From NCBI GenBank assembly GCA_033717875.1, contig JADDKJ010000002.1, positions 67,280 through 131,279 on the forward strand: a stretch of 64,000 nt of DNA. Reading direction: 5' to 3'. The DNA is from Gammaproteobacteria bacterium. Its GTDB lineage: Bacteria > Pseudomonadota > Gammaproteobacteria > Ga0077554 > Ga007554. Under the pieces are notes generated by a model, which made no database searches, was not told the DNA's origin, and worked only from the letters and a program-made list of their open reading frames with translations. Both the position numbers and the translations under genes were made by a program. This document shows positions 1 to 8,620 of this stretch, in pieces (position 1 is the stretch's first letter; each line of letters starts with the position of its first letter).

Positions 1-804
1 GCCGGTATGGGCTTTCGCGTTGCCGGGGAGACCAATGCACTGATGCGCCGCATGGTCGAGTCGGGCGAGGTCGATGCCCTGGTGCCGGAACGGGTATGGA
101 CGGAGTTGGAACGGGCGCTGGGCGAATCGCGTCCGGCGCGCTTCTTCGAAGTGTTGCGCGACTGCGGCGCCCTGGCGCGGCTGTTCCCCGAAATCGACCG
201 CTTGTTTGGCGTGCCCCAGCCCATCGAACATCACCCCGAAATCGACACCGGCGTGCATGTGATGATGGTGCTGGACCAAGCGGTGCGCCTGTCCAGCGAC
301 CCGTGCGTGCGCTTTGCCGCGCTGATGCACGACCTCGGCAAGGGAACCACACCGGCGGAGGAATGGCCACGCCACCTCGGCCACGAAGAACGTGGCGTGA
401 CGCTGGTGCTGAACCTGTGCCGGCGGCTGCGCGCACCGGCCGACTACCGCGATCTCGCCGTGCTGGCGGCGCGCTATCACACCCATTGCCACCGCGCCGA
501 CGAGTTGCGGCCCTCCACCTTGCTCGACACCCTGCAAGCGCTGGACGCCTTCCGCCGCCCGCAACGCTTCGAAGGCTTTCTGCTGGCGTGCGAGGCCGAC
601 TCGCGCGGCAGACCGGGCTACGAAGAGCGCCCTTATCCCCAGGCCGATCTGTTCCGCGCCGCCCTGCGAGCGGCGCAGGCGGTGGAGGTCAAACCCTTGG
701 TGGAAAAGGGCTACACCGGTGACAAGCTGGCCGAGCAATTACGCTATCAACGCATCGCCGCGGTGGCGCGGATCACGAAAACCAAAGACGAGGAACCTGA
801 GTGA
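1..804 (+). CDS. cca: tRNA nucleotidyltransferase (CCA-adding enzyme), C-terminal part with HD domain; 5' end lies outside the window
   Basis: The ORF runs in frame from the window edge. The HD-domain motif 'HHPEIDTGVHVMMVLD' and the overall C-terminal similarity match bacterial Cca. Confidence 0.8.
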   Translation, partial: AGMGFRVAGETNALMRRMVESGEVDALVPERVWTELERALGESRPARFFEVLRDCGALARLFPEIDRLFGVPQPIEHHPEIDTGVHVMMVLDQAVRLSSDPCVRFAALMHDLGKGTTPAEEWPRHLGHEERGVTLVLNLCRRLRAPADYRDLAVLAARYHTHCHRADELRPSTLLDTLQALDAFRRPQRFEGFLLACEADSRGRPGYEERPYPQADLFRAALRAAQAVEVKPLVEKGYTGDKLAEQLRYQRIAAVARITKTKDEEPE

Positions 805-1568
805 GCGTATTGCTGACGCGCGCCGCCGAGTTGCTGGTGCTGCCGCCTGCCGCGAATCTGCTCCTCGCCGCCCTCGGCCTCGCTCTGCTGCACAAGAAAA
901 AACGGCTGGGCATGGCCCTGCTGGCGCTCTCCCTGACGACCTTATACCTGTTCAGCATCCCCGCCACGGCGCTGTGGCTGATGAATTCATTGCAAAAGGA
1001 TTATCCCGCCCTCACCGCCGCCGATCTTCAACATCCCAAAGCGCAAGCGATCGTCGTGCTGGGCGCGGGGCGCAACTATGACACACCGGAATATGGCGGA
1101 GACACCGCATCCAAATTCGGCCTGGAACGGCTGCGCTATGGCGCCCATCTGCACCGGCTGACCGGCTTGCCGATCCTGGTCACCGGCGGCGCCCCGCACG
1201 GTGAAACCCCGCCCGAAGCAAAGATCATGAAAGACGTGCTGGTCAACGACTTCCGCGTGCCCGTGAAATGGCTCGAAGACAAAAGCCTCACCACCTTCGA
1301 AAACGCCCGCCACAGTCGCCCCCTTCTTGAACAAGCCCACATCCGGCGCGTTTACCTCGTCACCCACGCCTGGCACATGCCACGCTCCGTGCTCGCTTTC
1401 GAACAAGCAGGCCTCACAGTCATCCCCGCCCCCACCGGCTTCGTCACCCCCTGGCCAATAGAACGTGGCGCATTCGCCTGGCTGCCTTCCGCGCACGCGC
1501 TGCAAACGTCTTACTATGCGCTGCATGAGATGGGGGGACGGGTGTGGTATGAGCTGCGGGGGTTATAG
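801..1568 (+). CDS. DUF218 (YdcF/ElyC/SanA-like) membrane-anchored protein
   Basis: N-terminal TM segment, then the conserved blocks 'AIVVLGAG', 'LPILVTGG' and 'TTFENARHS' typical of DUF218. The ORF overlaps the cca stop by 4 nt. Confidence 0.65.
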   Translation: MSVLLTRAAELLVLPPAANLLLAALGLALLHKKKRLGMALLALSLTTLYLFSIPATALWLMNSLQKDYPALTAADLQHPKAQAIVVLGAGRNYDTPEYGGDTASKFGLERLRYGAHLHRLTGLPILVTGGAPHGETPPEAKIMKDVLVNDFRVPVKWLEDKSLTTFENARHSRPLLEQAHIRRVYLVTHAWHMPRSVLAFEQAGLTVIPAPTGFVTPWPIERGAFAWLPSAHALQTSYYALHEMGGRVWYELRGL

Positions 1569-1571
1569 CGT

Positions 1572-1607
1572 GTTCCGGCCAGCGCGCATATCCCGATGTT
1601 AGGCAAT
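1572..1607 (+). CRISPR. Degenerate or truncated terminal CRISPR repeat (first 27 nt match the array repeat, 3' part diverged)
   Basis: 'gttccggccagcgcgcatatcccgatg' is identical to the array repeat, but the 3' 'ATGTATACT' promoter-like end is replaced. Confidence 0.75.
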
Positions 1608-1666
1608 CTGAAAGGAGTGGTTACTTTTCAATGCGGGGGTAATACATCAGGTGCTAAAATAAAAAT

Positions 1667-1906
1667 ATGGCACCGACGATCTTTCGTGAAGGCAGCTTTC
1701 GCTTCTTTTTCTTCTCCCGCGAAGAAACGCGAATGTACGTACACGTCTCGCACCCGGACGGCGAGGAAAAGTTCTGGCTAACCCCAGAGTTGGCTTTGGC
1801 AACGAGTATAGGTCTTTCATCGAAGCAGCTTAAGAAAGCCGAAAATCTTGTTGCGACTCATTTGGAGGAAATAATTCATGCCTGGAATACCCATTTCCCA
1901 AGCTGA
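1667..1906 (+). CDS. DUF4160 family protein (putative TA component)
   Basis: 79 aa with 'FRFFFFSREE...HVHV...KFWL' resembling the DUF4160 consensus. It overlaps the downstream DUF2442 gene, and the local GC is much lower than the surroundings. Confidence 0.65.
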   Translation: MAPTIFREGSFRFFFFSREETRMYVHVSHPDGEEKFWLTPELALATSIGLSSKQLKKAENLVATHLEEIIHAWNTHFPS

Positions 1907-2135
1907 AGTTACCCATGTTTCAAAGCATGGCCTCTGGCTGCTGTTGGACGACGAGGAGTTGTTTCTTTCGTTCACCGATTTTCCTTGGTTCAAAGCCGCA
2001 ACTATTGATCAACTTTGCGAGATTGAGCGCCCGACAGAAGACCATCTTTATTGGCCATCGCTAGACGTTGATCTAGCTGTTGCGTCCATTCGTAATCCAT
2101 CGGCATTTCCATTGGTTTCTGTGGCGCGCGCCTAA
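1878..2135 (+). CDS. DUF2442 family protein (partner of DUF4160)
   Basis: 85 aa. The pattern 'LWLLLDDEELFLSF...' and the 29-nt overlap with the upstream DUF4160 gene are typical of this two-gene module. Confidence 0.6.
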   Translation: MPGIPISQAEVTHVSKHGLWLLLDDEELFLSFTDFPWFKAATIDQLCEIERPTEDHLYWPSLDVDLAVASIRNPSAFPLVSVARA

Positions 2136-2278
2136 TTCTTACGATGCGCACTCCCCGGCCAATACTACCATTGAAGCATTCGGCTCCGGCCAGCATGGCG
2201 CGTGGGCACAAAAGGCGTTTCCACCCTACTTGGCTGCACGCACTCGATTCTTGAAAACCTGGGCGAAATCTTGGCGAT

Positions 2279-2325
2279 TTGATAAAAACCAAATAAAGTG
2301 CTCTAATGGGTACATTATTGAGTAC
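2279..2325 (+). promoter_or_regulatory. Sigma70-type promoter (TTGATA-17-TCTAAT) plus palindrome 'gtacattattgagtac' upstream of phd/relE
   Basis: The -35 sits at 2279-2284 and the -10 at 2302-2307. The palindrome lies between the -10 and the SD 'aggag' before the ATG at 2337, and is a likely autoregulatory operator. Confidence 0.5.
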
Positions 2326-2336
2326 AGGAGTTAAGC

Positions 2337-2606
2337 ATGAACATCATCCCCGCCCAGGAAATCAAGCGCCGCGGCATCGCTGCCGTGGACGAGGCACTGG
2401 CCCAAGGCCCCGTGCACATCATTAAGAATAACCGCCCGCAATACGTGGTGCTGACCGAAGAACGTTACAACGAACTGCTTGAAACGCAGGAAGAAGCCGT
2501 CCTCGCCCGCATCAAGGCCTCGCTGGAAGACGCCAAGGCTGGTCGCACCCTTCGGCACAGCAGTGTTGATGCCCTCCTAAAGCACCTGGACAAAACCGCC
2601 GAATGA
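2337..2606 (+). CDS. Phd/YefM-family antitoxin
   Basis: 89 aa with 'VHIIKNNRPQYVVLTEERYNELLE', typical of Phd/YefM. It overlaps the downstream toxin gene by 4 nt. Confidence 0.8.
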   Translation: MNIIPAQEIKRRGIAAVDEALAQGPVHIIKNNRPQYVVLTEERYNELLETQEEAVLARIKASLEDAKAGRTLRHSSVDALLKHLDKTAE

Positions 2607-2881
2607 GCTGGGCGCTCGTCACAACCGCCAGCTTCGACCGTCGCGCCCGCAAGTTCCTGACCAGGCACCCCGACCTGCGTCCCCGTCTCGCCGAGACCCT
2701 GGAAAAACTGCACACCGACCCCTTCGAACCCAGCCTGCGACTGCATCCCCTGACCGGCAAGCTCCAAGGCATACAGGCCGTCAGCCTCACCTACGGCTAT
2801 CGTATCACCCTCACCCTGCGAATCACCGAGCATGAAATCCTCCTGCTCGACATCGGCAGCCATGATGAGGTGTACAGATGA
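2603..2881 (+). CDS. RelE/ParE-family toxin (type II TA mRNA interferase)
   Basis: 92 aa. The motif 'LRLHPLTGKLQG...YRITLTLRITEHEILLLDIGSHDE' matches the RelE/ParE fold consensus. The gene is coupled to the upstream antitoxin. Confidence 0.75.
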   Translation: MSWALVTTASFDRRARKFLTRHPDLRPRLAETLEKLHTDPFEPSLRLHPLTGKLQGIQAVSLTYGYRITLTLRITEHEILLLDIGSHDEVYR

Positions 2882-2910
2882 GTAGACATAGGGGGGGCGT
2901 GATAGGTGAT

Positions 2911-3809
2911 GTTCCGGCCAGCGCGCATATCCCGATGATGTATACTCGTACAATCATAAACAAGTCGCGCTGCGCCGTTCCGGCCAGCGCGCATATCCCG
3001 ATGATGTATACTGACGGAATTGCAGGCCATCAATGCGTTCTAGTTCCGGCCAGCGCGCATATCCCGATGATGTATACTCGGCGTTACGAGTGGCCGGGGT
3101 TTATCGTGTTCCGGCCAGCGCGCATATCCCGATGATGTATACTCGAGGCGGGAACAATATCTATCAAGTCTCGGGTTCCGGCCAGCGCGCATATCCCGAT
3201 GATGTATACTGCTGATGCGATCCACCCGCTGAAACCCGCGCGTTCCGGCCAGCGCGCATATCCCGATGATGTATACTCCTCAATGGCCCACGATACCACG
3301 CGCACGAGTGTTCCGGCCAGCGCGCATATCCCGATGATGTATACTGCAAGAAAATCATCCCCAGCGGATTCGCCGGGGTTCCGGCCAGCGCGCATATCCC
3401 GATGATGTATACTTGGTCAACCCGGTAGCAACACTCAATGCAGGTTCCGGCCAGCGCGCATATCCCGATGATGTATACTAGACCGCGAATTGCCGTCCGA
3501 TCTGGATGGGTTCCGGCCAGCGCGCATATCCCGATGATGTATACTTACTACGCGAGGTTCTTGCAGGTCATTACGGTTCCGGCCAGCGCGCATATCCCGA
3601 TGATGTATACTCCGTGCGATATTCGATGCGCTCCGTAGAGGGTTCCGGCCAGCGCGCATATCCCGATGATGTATACTACACCCATTTTTCTCGATGACAA
3701 TAAGAAGGTTCCGGCCAGCGCGCATATCCCGATGATGTATACTACGATTCGAGCGCGAAGTCGCCAAGGATCCGTTCCGGCCAGCGCGCATATCCCGATG
3801 ATGTATACT
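2911..3809 (+). CRISPR. CRISPR array with 14 direct repeats of 36 bp (GTTCCGGCCAGCGCGCATATCCCGATGATGTATACT) and 13 spacers of 29-32 bp
   Basis: Repeats start at 2911, 2977, 3043, 3108, 3175, 3242, 3310, 3378, 3444, 3510, 3576, 3642, 3708 and 3774. The repeats are identical, the spacers are unique, and the array lies next to cas2-cas1-cas9. Confidence 0.97.
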
Positions 3810-3820
3810 CCGTATAGCAT

Positions 3821-3853
3821 AACCCACTGATTCACCGGTGGGTTTTTGCTTTT
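3821..3853 (+). terminator. Rho-independent terminator downstream of the last repeat (plus strand)
   Basis: Hairpin 'cccac-tgattcaccg-gtggg' followed by 'tttttgctttt'. The U-run is present only on the plus strand. Confidence 0.5.
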
Positions 3854-3879
3854 CTTGCGCCAGGAAACGGCTGCGCGCA

Positions 3880-4206
3880 TCAAAACAATTCAAATTGATC
3901 CGGTGATTTTTTCGCGGGTTGCTTGGCTTTTCCATAGTAGGAAATGATTCGTTCATACTGTTTGTCGGTGAAGGTCAGGATATTGACTTTACCTCCTTCC
4001 GGCAAGGCTTGCTCCACTCGTTTACAGTAGGTATCGATCTGCGCCTGACTGGTGCAGAAGCGCATGTATACTGAGAACTGCGCCATCTCGAATCCCATAT
4101 CCAGGAGTTTGTTGCGAAAGTCCGCCGCGGCTTTGCGCTCTTTCTTTTCCACGACGGGCAGATCGAACATGACGGCCATCCACATTAGGCGATATCCGCT
4201 GAGCAT
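3880..4206 (-). CDS. cas2: CRISPR-associated endoribonuclease Cas2
   Basis: 108 aa with 'MLSGYRLMWMAVMFDLPV', typical of type II Cas2. It sits between the array and cas1. Confidence 0.9.
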   Translation of the reverse strand: MLSGYRLMWMAVMFDLPVVEKKERKAAADFRNKLLDMGFEMAQFSVYMRFCTSQAQIDTYCKRVEQALPEGGKVNILTFTDKQYERIISYYGKAKQPAKKSPDQFELF

Positions 4207-4212
4207 GATGTA

Positions 4213-5142
4213 TCAATCATCAGCCAGATCCGCCGCCATGGACAGCGGGAGCCCCGGCAGTGGGAGATCAACCTTTTCGCGCTCCTTGAGGTACACCTGC
4301 GCCAGCGACACCGCCAGCCGCTGCATACACACCATAACGGGTGTGGCTCCCGAGGTGGTTTGCATGTCGTCGTACAGGCTGCGAACCAGCGTGCGCTTGC
4401 TGTCCGGCGTGATGCTGCTTTCCCCCGATCGTTGCAGCTTCCATACATGCAAATCGACCACGGGGCGAAAAGGTTCCATCAGATCATCAACCAGGCGCAT
4501 GGGGTTGCCTTCATTGGCATGATGCAGCCCCAAAGTGGGGTGGAGGCCGGCGGCGATCACGGCGCGCGCCATGGCGGCACGTAGGACGGTATAACCGTAA
4601 TTGAGCAAGGCATTGACGCCGCCACCGTTCTGGTCACGGCGGAAGTCATCGCCAAACAACAGGTTCCAATAGCGGCGAGCGCCTTGCGCCTCGATATTAT
4701 CAGGGTCGCCGGATCGCACCTTGGCCACAAGCGCCGCAAGCGGCACGAAAGGCGCGCCCGCCGCTTCAAGAGCGGCCGCCTGCTGATGTAGTTTGCTGCG
4801 TACCACCTCCGCCCATAGCCGCTTGTGGGTGGGGCGGGTGGCGGCGAGCTGCGCGTCGAAGCGCTTGGCCTGCTGGAAGTTGCCATCTATGGGCCACAAC
4901 ATACCAATAGCGTTATGGTTGGCAGCGCACAGCACAAAAGGTACGCCGCGCTCGGCCAACGCCACCAACAGGTTGTTGGTATAGCTCAGGCCGTGCGCGT
5001 TGGCGATGACGGCGGCAATGTCATCCAGCGGCACCTGTCCAAGCTCCTTGCGCTCACCTCCTGTGTCTTGCACCACCATGAAGCCACGCGAAGCGAACAA
5101 GTGCCGCCGATCGTCCGCGACCTCGACTATGCGGCCAATCAT
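4213..5142 (-). CDS. cas1: CRISPR-associated integrase Cas1 (type II)
   Basis: 309 aa with Cas1-like sequence throughout. It is adjacent to cas9 and cas2 with 6-nt gaps. Confidence 0.9.
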   Translation of the reverse strand: MIGRIVEVADDRRHLFASRGFMVVQDTGGERKELGQVPLDDIAAVIANAHGLSYTNNLLVALAERGVPFVLCAANHNAIGMLWPIDGNFQQAKRFDAQLAATRPTHKRLWAEVVRSKLHQQAAALEAAGAPFVPLAALVAKVRSGDPDNIEAQGARRYWNLLFGDDFRRDQNGGGVNALLNYGYTVLRAAMARAVIAAGLHPTLGLHHANEGNPMRLVDDLMEPFRPVVDLHVWKLQRSGESSITPDSKRTLVRSLYDDMQTTSGATPVMVCMQRLAVSLAQVYLKEREKVDLPLPGLPLSMAADLADD

Positions 5143-5147
5143 GGTGT

Positions 5148-8100
5148 TTAGCCTTTGAAGCCTGGATCGCGCAGGTCACCAATTTCGGAGACGGTGGTTC
5201 GCCGTCCCCGGGCCTTCTGGAGAGAGCCCGGGTACTTCGATACATACGTGAACGAATCTTCCTTGTCCCGATTTCGGGCGTCCACATTGGCCTCATTGTG
5301 ATCACACATGAATATCTGGCCATTGCCTCCGATCTTGACCACGCGCATGGTCACCGCTTTGCCATCAATGTCGAGTTTAATCATGTCATCGATCATCAAT
5401 CGCATGACCAGCGGTTTGTCCGACTGACTGTACGCCGGATTTCTTAGCCTCTTGAACCCCTCCACCTCTCCGTGCTTGCGAATCAATTGATAGGCTTCAA
5501 ACGTCGAAATCACATCCCCATCCCACTTGCCCTTCTCATTTCGCCAGATTTCGATGCAATAATTGCTGCCACCCACATAGCCTTTGTACGCACGCGGCTG
5601 CCCATCCTCAGCCAGCCCGTGGCGCTGCGGATCATGTGTGCTACTGATGGCGACGAGACTCCTGTTCTTGAACTCGCGCTGACGCGGCCCACCATCTTCC
5701 GGCCTTACTCGCCGAGTTACCACACCATCGCCACGCAAGCCCCAGGCCGTTTTCTCGTGCATGGCACCCTGGTAGCCATGATCCGGCTTATGACTCACGA
5801 TGATATGATTCAATGCCCGCGCAACATGCTCCCGGTAGCTGGGCCATGGCAATGGCATTTCCTCCACCAGCCGGTTGAGCTGATTCTCACGAGCGCTGGC
5901 GCTGGCGTTGGCGAACCGTTGCAGCAAACCCTGATCGGTAATTCCGATGACGGCGGCATCCAGCGCGTGGTGTCGATGGTCGTTACGATTCTTCGCCTCC
6001 GAGCCGGAAAGCAGTTGGTTCAGCCCAAATTTCCCCCGCAGCAGCGCCGTCATGCGGCCAGGAATGGCCCGCACTTTGTTGGGCGGGCAGATCAGTGAAA
6101 GGTATTCCTTGGCAATGCGCGAGAAATAGGCCGTGTCGTTCAGCGCCCTGGCAATAAAGTCTTTGTCTTCCTTGAGCCACCGCTGGTAACCATCCGGCGC
6201 AAAACGTTTGGCCTTTTCTTTGGGCATGAGCGCCGCGCGCTGGAGAATGGCCTCATAGTCGTACTCAGGCGCCAGGCGTTCGCCAAATGCCTCATGAGGT
6301 GTGCGATTGCCCTTGTCGCGATTGGCGCGTCGCAACGATACGGTTTTGTTGTTCAGACTGTCATCCAGCGTCTTTGAATAGGGCAGAATATGCTCTATTT
6401 CCACCTCGCTGGACAGCAGGCGCTCAATACTGATCTGTTCGCCGGTGTAAGGGCATCGGCGATCGGCCACATTCTTTGGATTCAGCTCCACCCAAAGCTG
6501 CATTTTATGGGAAAGTTCGCGGCGCTTGGCGCGGTCAAGATTGGCGGAAACCAATCCGAGTACAGCACAGGCTTCGGTGACCTGCTTGTCATTGAGATCC
6601 TGCCGCTCCTTTTGCTCACGCTGGATATCCAACTTTCTTTCACGGCTCAATTTCAGGTCGCGCGCCACCTCCACAATCACCTCGCTCGGATGGCCGTAGC
6701 GTTTGATCAGCGCGTTCACCACCTTTCGCAATTCATTCAGGCCGATGTGCACCGTGGGATTGGCGATTTTTCCATAGCGCTCTTCATCATTACGCGGATT
6801 ATCCTTGGCAAAGGCGACATGGCGACGTAAGGGAATGCCGTAATAGGGCAGGGAGTCCATGATTTCGCCGGTCTGCTGCGCGTGTGAGAGCTCGCTATGG
6901 CTATCAAACCCGGCACGAGTAACGGCCTCGGAGTAAACAACAACGTCCTTGGCAAGCTCGGGCAGTACCCGTGCCAGGGCGACGCGACTGATGCTGCCAT
7001 ACCCTTCGGGAAGGCCACTGTTGGCTATCCGCTCAGCCGCGGCTTCATCCACTCCGGTGTTCTCTTGTAGCCATTTCACGAGTGCTGACTCGCTGGCTTC
7101 GTTTAACAGCCGATCCACTACGTTATCTTGCAGTATGAGATCAAAGGTGTGCCATTGCTCGCCAAATGCGGTTTCCCTGGAAAGGGCGGCTGACGTGGCG
7201 TTGCCCTTGAGCCGGTCACGCTTGATGTCTTCAAGATTGAATTTGGTTGTGCCTGGCAGGTTCAGCACCTTGAGAATTTTTGTGAACCGGACATCGCCTT
7301 GCCGTTCGAGCAGGTCAACAACCCGATTTCGCTGTTCCAGCGTCAGCTTTTGCTCGCGCAAGTCACGGCTAAGCAATCGCAAGTGATTGACCTCTTGGTA
7401 GATACGAAAACGCTGCGTGCTTGGCAATGCCAGCGGCGCGCGCTCCTCGTCCGGCAGCAGGGTACAACGGCCAGGGCGGACAGGCTTGAGGGGGCGCTGG
7501 TGTAGCAGCACGTCTTTAATCTCGTCGCGCGCCGCATCGTTGAAAAGCACCGGATTCAGGCTGCTCTGTTTGGCCCAAAGTGTGTCGAACTCATGTTCGA
7601 TCATGGCCCGGTCGGCATAGAAGTCGTAGGCCTTGTCCTTCTGTGTTTTGCCGCGCAATCGAGCGCGCACGCTTAATCGCGCCTCATGACGTTTTGCAAG
7701 CCACTCGCCGAGCGTCTGACAGCTTTCCCGAGCCAGCTTCTCGCGCAAATCCCTGATGGCTTTCTTGAGAACGCCGCTGTCGCTGTCTTTTTTATCCGTT
7801 TTGCGGTTGCTTAAGAACCCACGCCGCTGGTTGATGTGAAACAGAGCACGGGCGAATTCAGGACCACTCAGCGCTTCGTACAAACCCTTCTTGCGCAGGG
7901 CATAGGGGTCGAGATTAACCAACGCACGACGCTGGTTTTCGTCTTGAGGAAAAAAGCCCAATTTGGTGAGGGCGGATTGCATTCGCTCTTTGCGCTTGAG
8001 CAACCGGTCTCGGCGACGACGCATCTGGCGTGCATTGCGGCGGGTAACCGCCAATGAGCTGCCGTCCTCCGGATTTCGCCCATCAGAAAAAATGCGTACC

Positions 8101-8213
8101 CCCATGCGAATAATGGCTACGGGTTCATTATTGGCATTCAGACGAATCATGCACCAGCCGACGGATGTTGAACCCATATCCAGAGCCAGCCGGTAATGCA
8201 TTTTGGGTAACAT
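5148..8213 (-). CDS. cas9: Type II-C Cas9 endonuclease (about 1021 aa; the ORF extends to an ATG at 8240, but the SD 'aagga' favours the ATG at 8213)
   Basis: RuvC-I 'YRLALDMGSTSVGW', RuvC-II 'VIVEVARD', HNH 'EIEHILPYS...NNKTV' and RuvC-III 'HHALDAAV' are all present. Its size and the absence of csn2/cas4 indicate subtype II-C. Confidence 0.95.
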   Translation of the reverse strand: MLPKMHYRLALDMGSTSVGWCMIRLNANNEPVAIIRMGVRIFSDGRNPEDGSSLAVTRRNARQMRRRRDRLLKRKERMQSALTKLGFFPQDENQRRALVNLDPYALRKKGLYEALSGPEFARALFHINQRRGFLSNRKTDKKDSDSGVLKKAIRDLREKLARESCQTLGEWLAKRHEARLSVRARLRGKTQKDKAYDFYADRAMIEHEFDTLWAKQSSLNPVLFNDAARDEIKDVLLHQRPLKPVRPGRCTLLPDEERAPLALPSTQRFRIYQEVNHLRLLSRDLREQKLTLEQRNRVVDLLERQGDVRFTKILKVLNLPGTTKFNLEDIKRDRLKGNATSAALSRETAFGEQWHTFDLILQDNVVDRLLNEASESALVKWLQENTGVDEAAAERIANSGLPEGYGSISRVALARVLPELAKDVVVYSEAVTRAGFDSHSELSHAQQTGEIMDSLPYYGIPLRRHVAFAKDNPRNDEERYGKIANPTVHIGLNELRKVVNALIKRYGHPSEVIVEVARDLKLSRERKLDIQREQKERQDLNDKQVTEACAVLGLVSANLDRAKRRELSHKMQLWVELNPKNVADRRCPYTGEQISIERLLSSEVEIEHILPYSKTLDDSLNNKTVSLRRANRDKGNRTPHEAFGERLAPEYDYEAILQRAALMPKEKAKRFAPDGYQRWLKEDKDFIARALNDTAYFSRIAKEYLSLICPPNKVRAIPGRMTALLRGKFGLNQLLSGSEAKNRNDHRHHALDAAVIGITDQGLLQRFANASASARENQLNRLVEEMPLPWPSYREHVARALNHIIVSHKPDHGYQGAMHEKTAWGLRGDGVVTRRVRPEDGGPRQREFKNRSLVAISSTHDPQRHGLAEDGQPRAYKGYVGGSNYCIEIWRNEKGKWDGDVISTFEAYQLIRKHGEVEGFKRLRNPAYSQSDKPLVMRLMIDDMIKLDIDGKAVTMRVVKIGGNGQIFMCDHNEANVDARNRDKEDSFTYVSKYPGSLQKARGRRTTVSEIGDLRDPGFKG

Positions 8214-8261
8214 ATTTTTTTCCTTGAGTTGATTTCCCATTCAATAAAAGTATAGAATAAA

Positions 8262-8351
8262 ATTTGTATACTGCATCGGGATATGCGCTCTGTCCGCTAA
8301 CAAGCTGAAAGATGCACCAAATGAGAGGCCGCTATAAGCGGCCTTTTTCTT
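8262..8351 (+). ncRNA. Candidate tracrRNA (anti-repeat, nexus, terminator hairpin), divergent from cas9
   Basis: 8266-8300 is complementary to the CRISPR repeat, with a 2-nt internal mismatch (bulge) and scattered mismatches. A TTGATT-18-TAGAAT promoter lies upstream at 8229-8258. Hairpin 'ggccgc-tataa-gcggcc' plus TTTTT occupies 8327-8349. Confidence 0.75.
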
Positions 8352-8453
8352 TGGCCCGAATTTATGAAACATTCGGGTTAGGGTACCCCACGTAAATCCC
8401 AGCCATTAAAAAAGCCCCGGAGTTTAACGCTCCGAGGCTTTATTTACGGGTAA

Positions 8454-8591
8454 CTACAATCCCGCGTAGGATGTCACAAATCTGGCGAACAATACGCCGC
8501 AAATAATCACCGTGATAATACCGATAATCGCCGGCGCGATGTCCTTCACCCGGTAAAGCTCATCGACATCCTTCTGCTTGCTTGAATGCAT
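8454..8591 (-). CDS. Small membrane protein (about 45 aa, one C-terminal TM helix), hypothetical
   Basis: SD 'aagggga' precedes the ATG at 8591. A hydrophobic helix 'IAPAIIGIITVIICGVLFA' is present. The longer ORF translates a REP element upstream. Confidence 0.35.
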   Translation of the reverse strand: MHSSKQKDVDELYRVKDIAPAIIGIITVIICGVLFARFVTSYAGL

Positions 8592-8620
8592 AACCATCCC
8601 CTTACAATGAACACTACGGA

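Noticed and set aside
1600-2900. Integron gene-cassette origin for the DUF4160/DUF2442 and Phd/RelE modules
   Set aside because: No intI gene, attI site or attC-like imperfect inverted repeats flank the cassettes in this window. Foreign origin is still likely from GC content.
2911-3809. Self-targeting spacers (matches to the rest of this window)
   Set aside because: I could not find any spacer matching elsewhere in the 64 kb by inspection. A proper search was not possible, so no claim is made.
2797-3956. Many 60-170-aa ORFs on both strands across the CRISPR array (repeated 'SIHHRDMRAGRN' and 'VPASAHIPMMYT' peptides)
   Set aside because: They are translations of the 36-bp direct repeat in different frames. 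They have no independent coding signal.
8352-8450. Additional hairpins after the tracrRNA terminator (cccgaat-ttatgaaac-attcggg; gccccggag...ctccgaggc)
   Set aside because: They lie downstream of a good U-tract terminator. More likely they are terminators of the convergent small minus-strand gene than extra tracrRNA hairpins. Left as uncertain.
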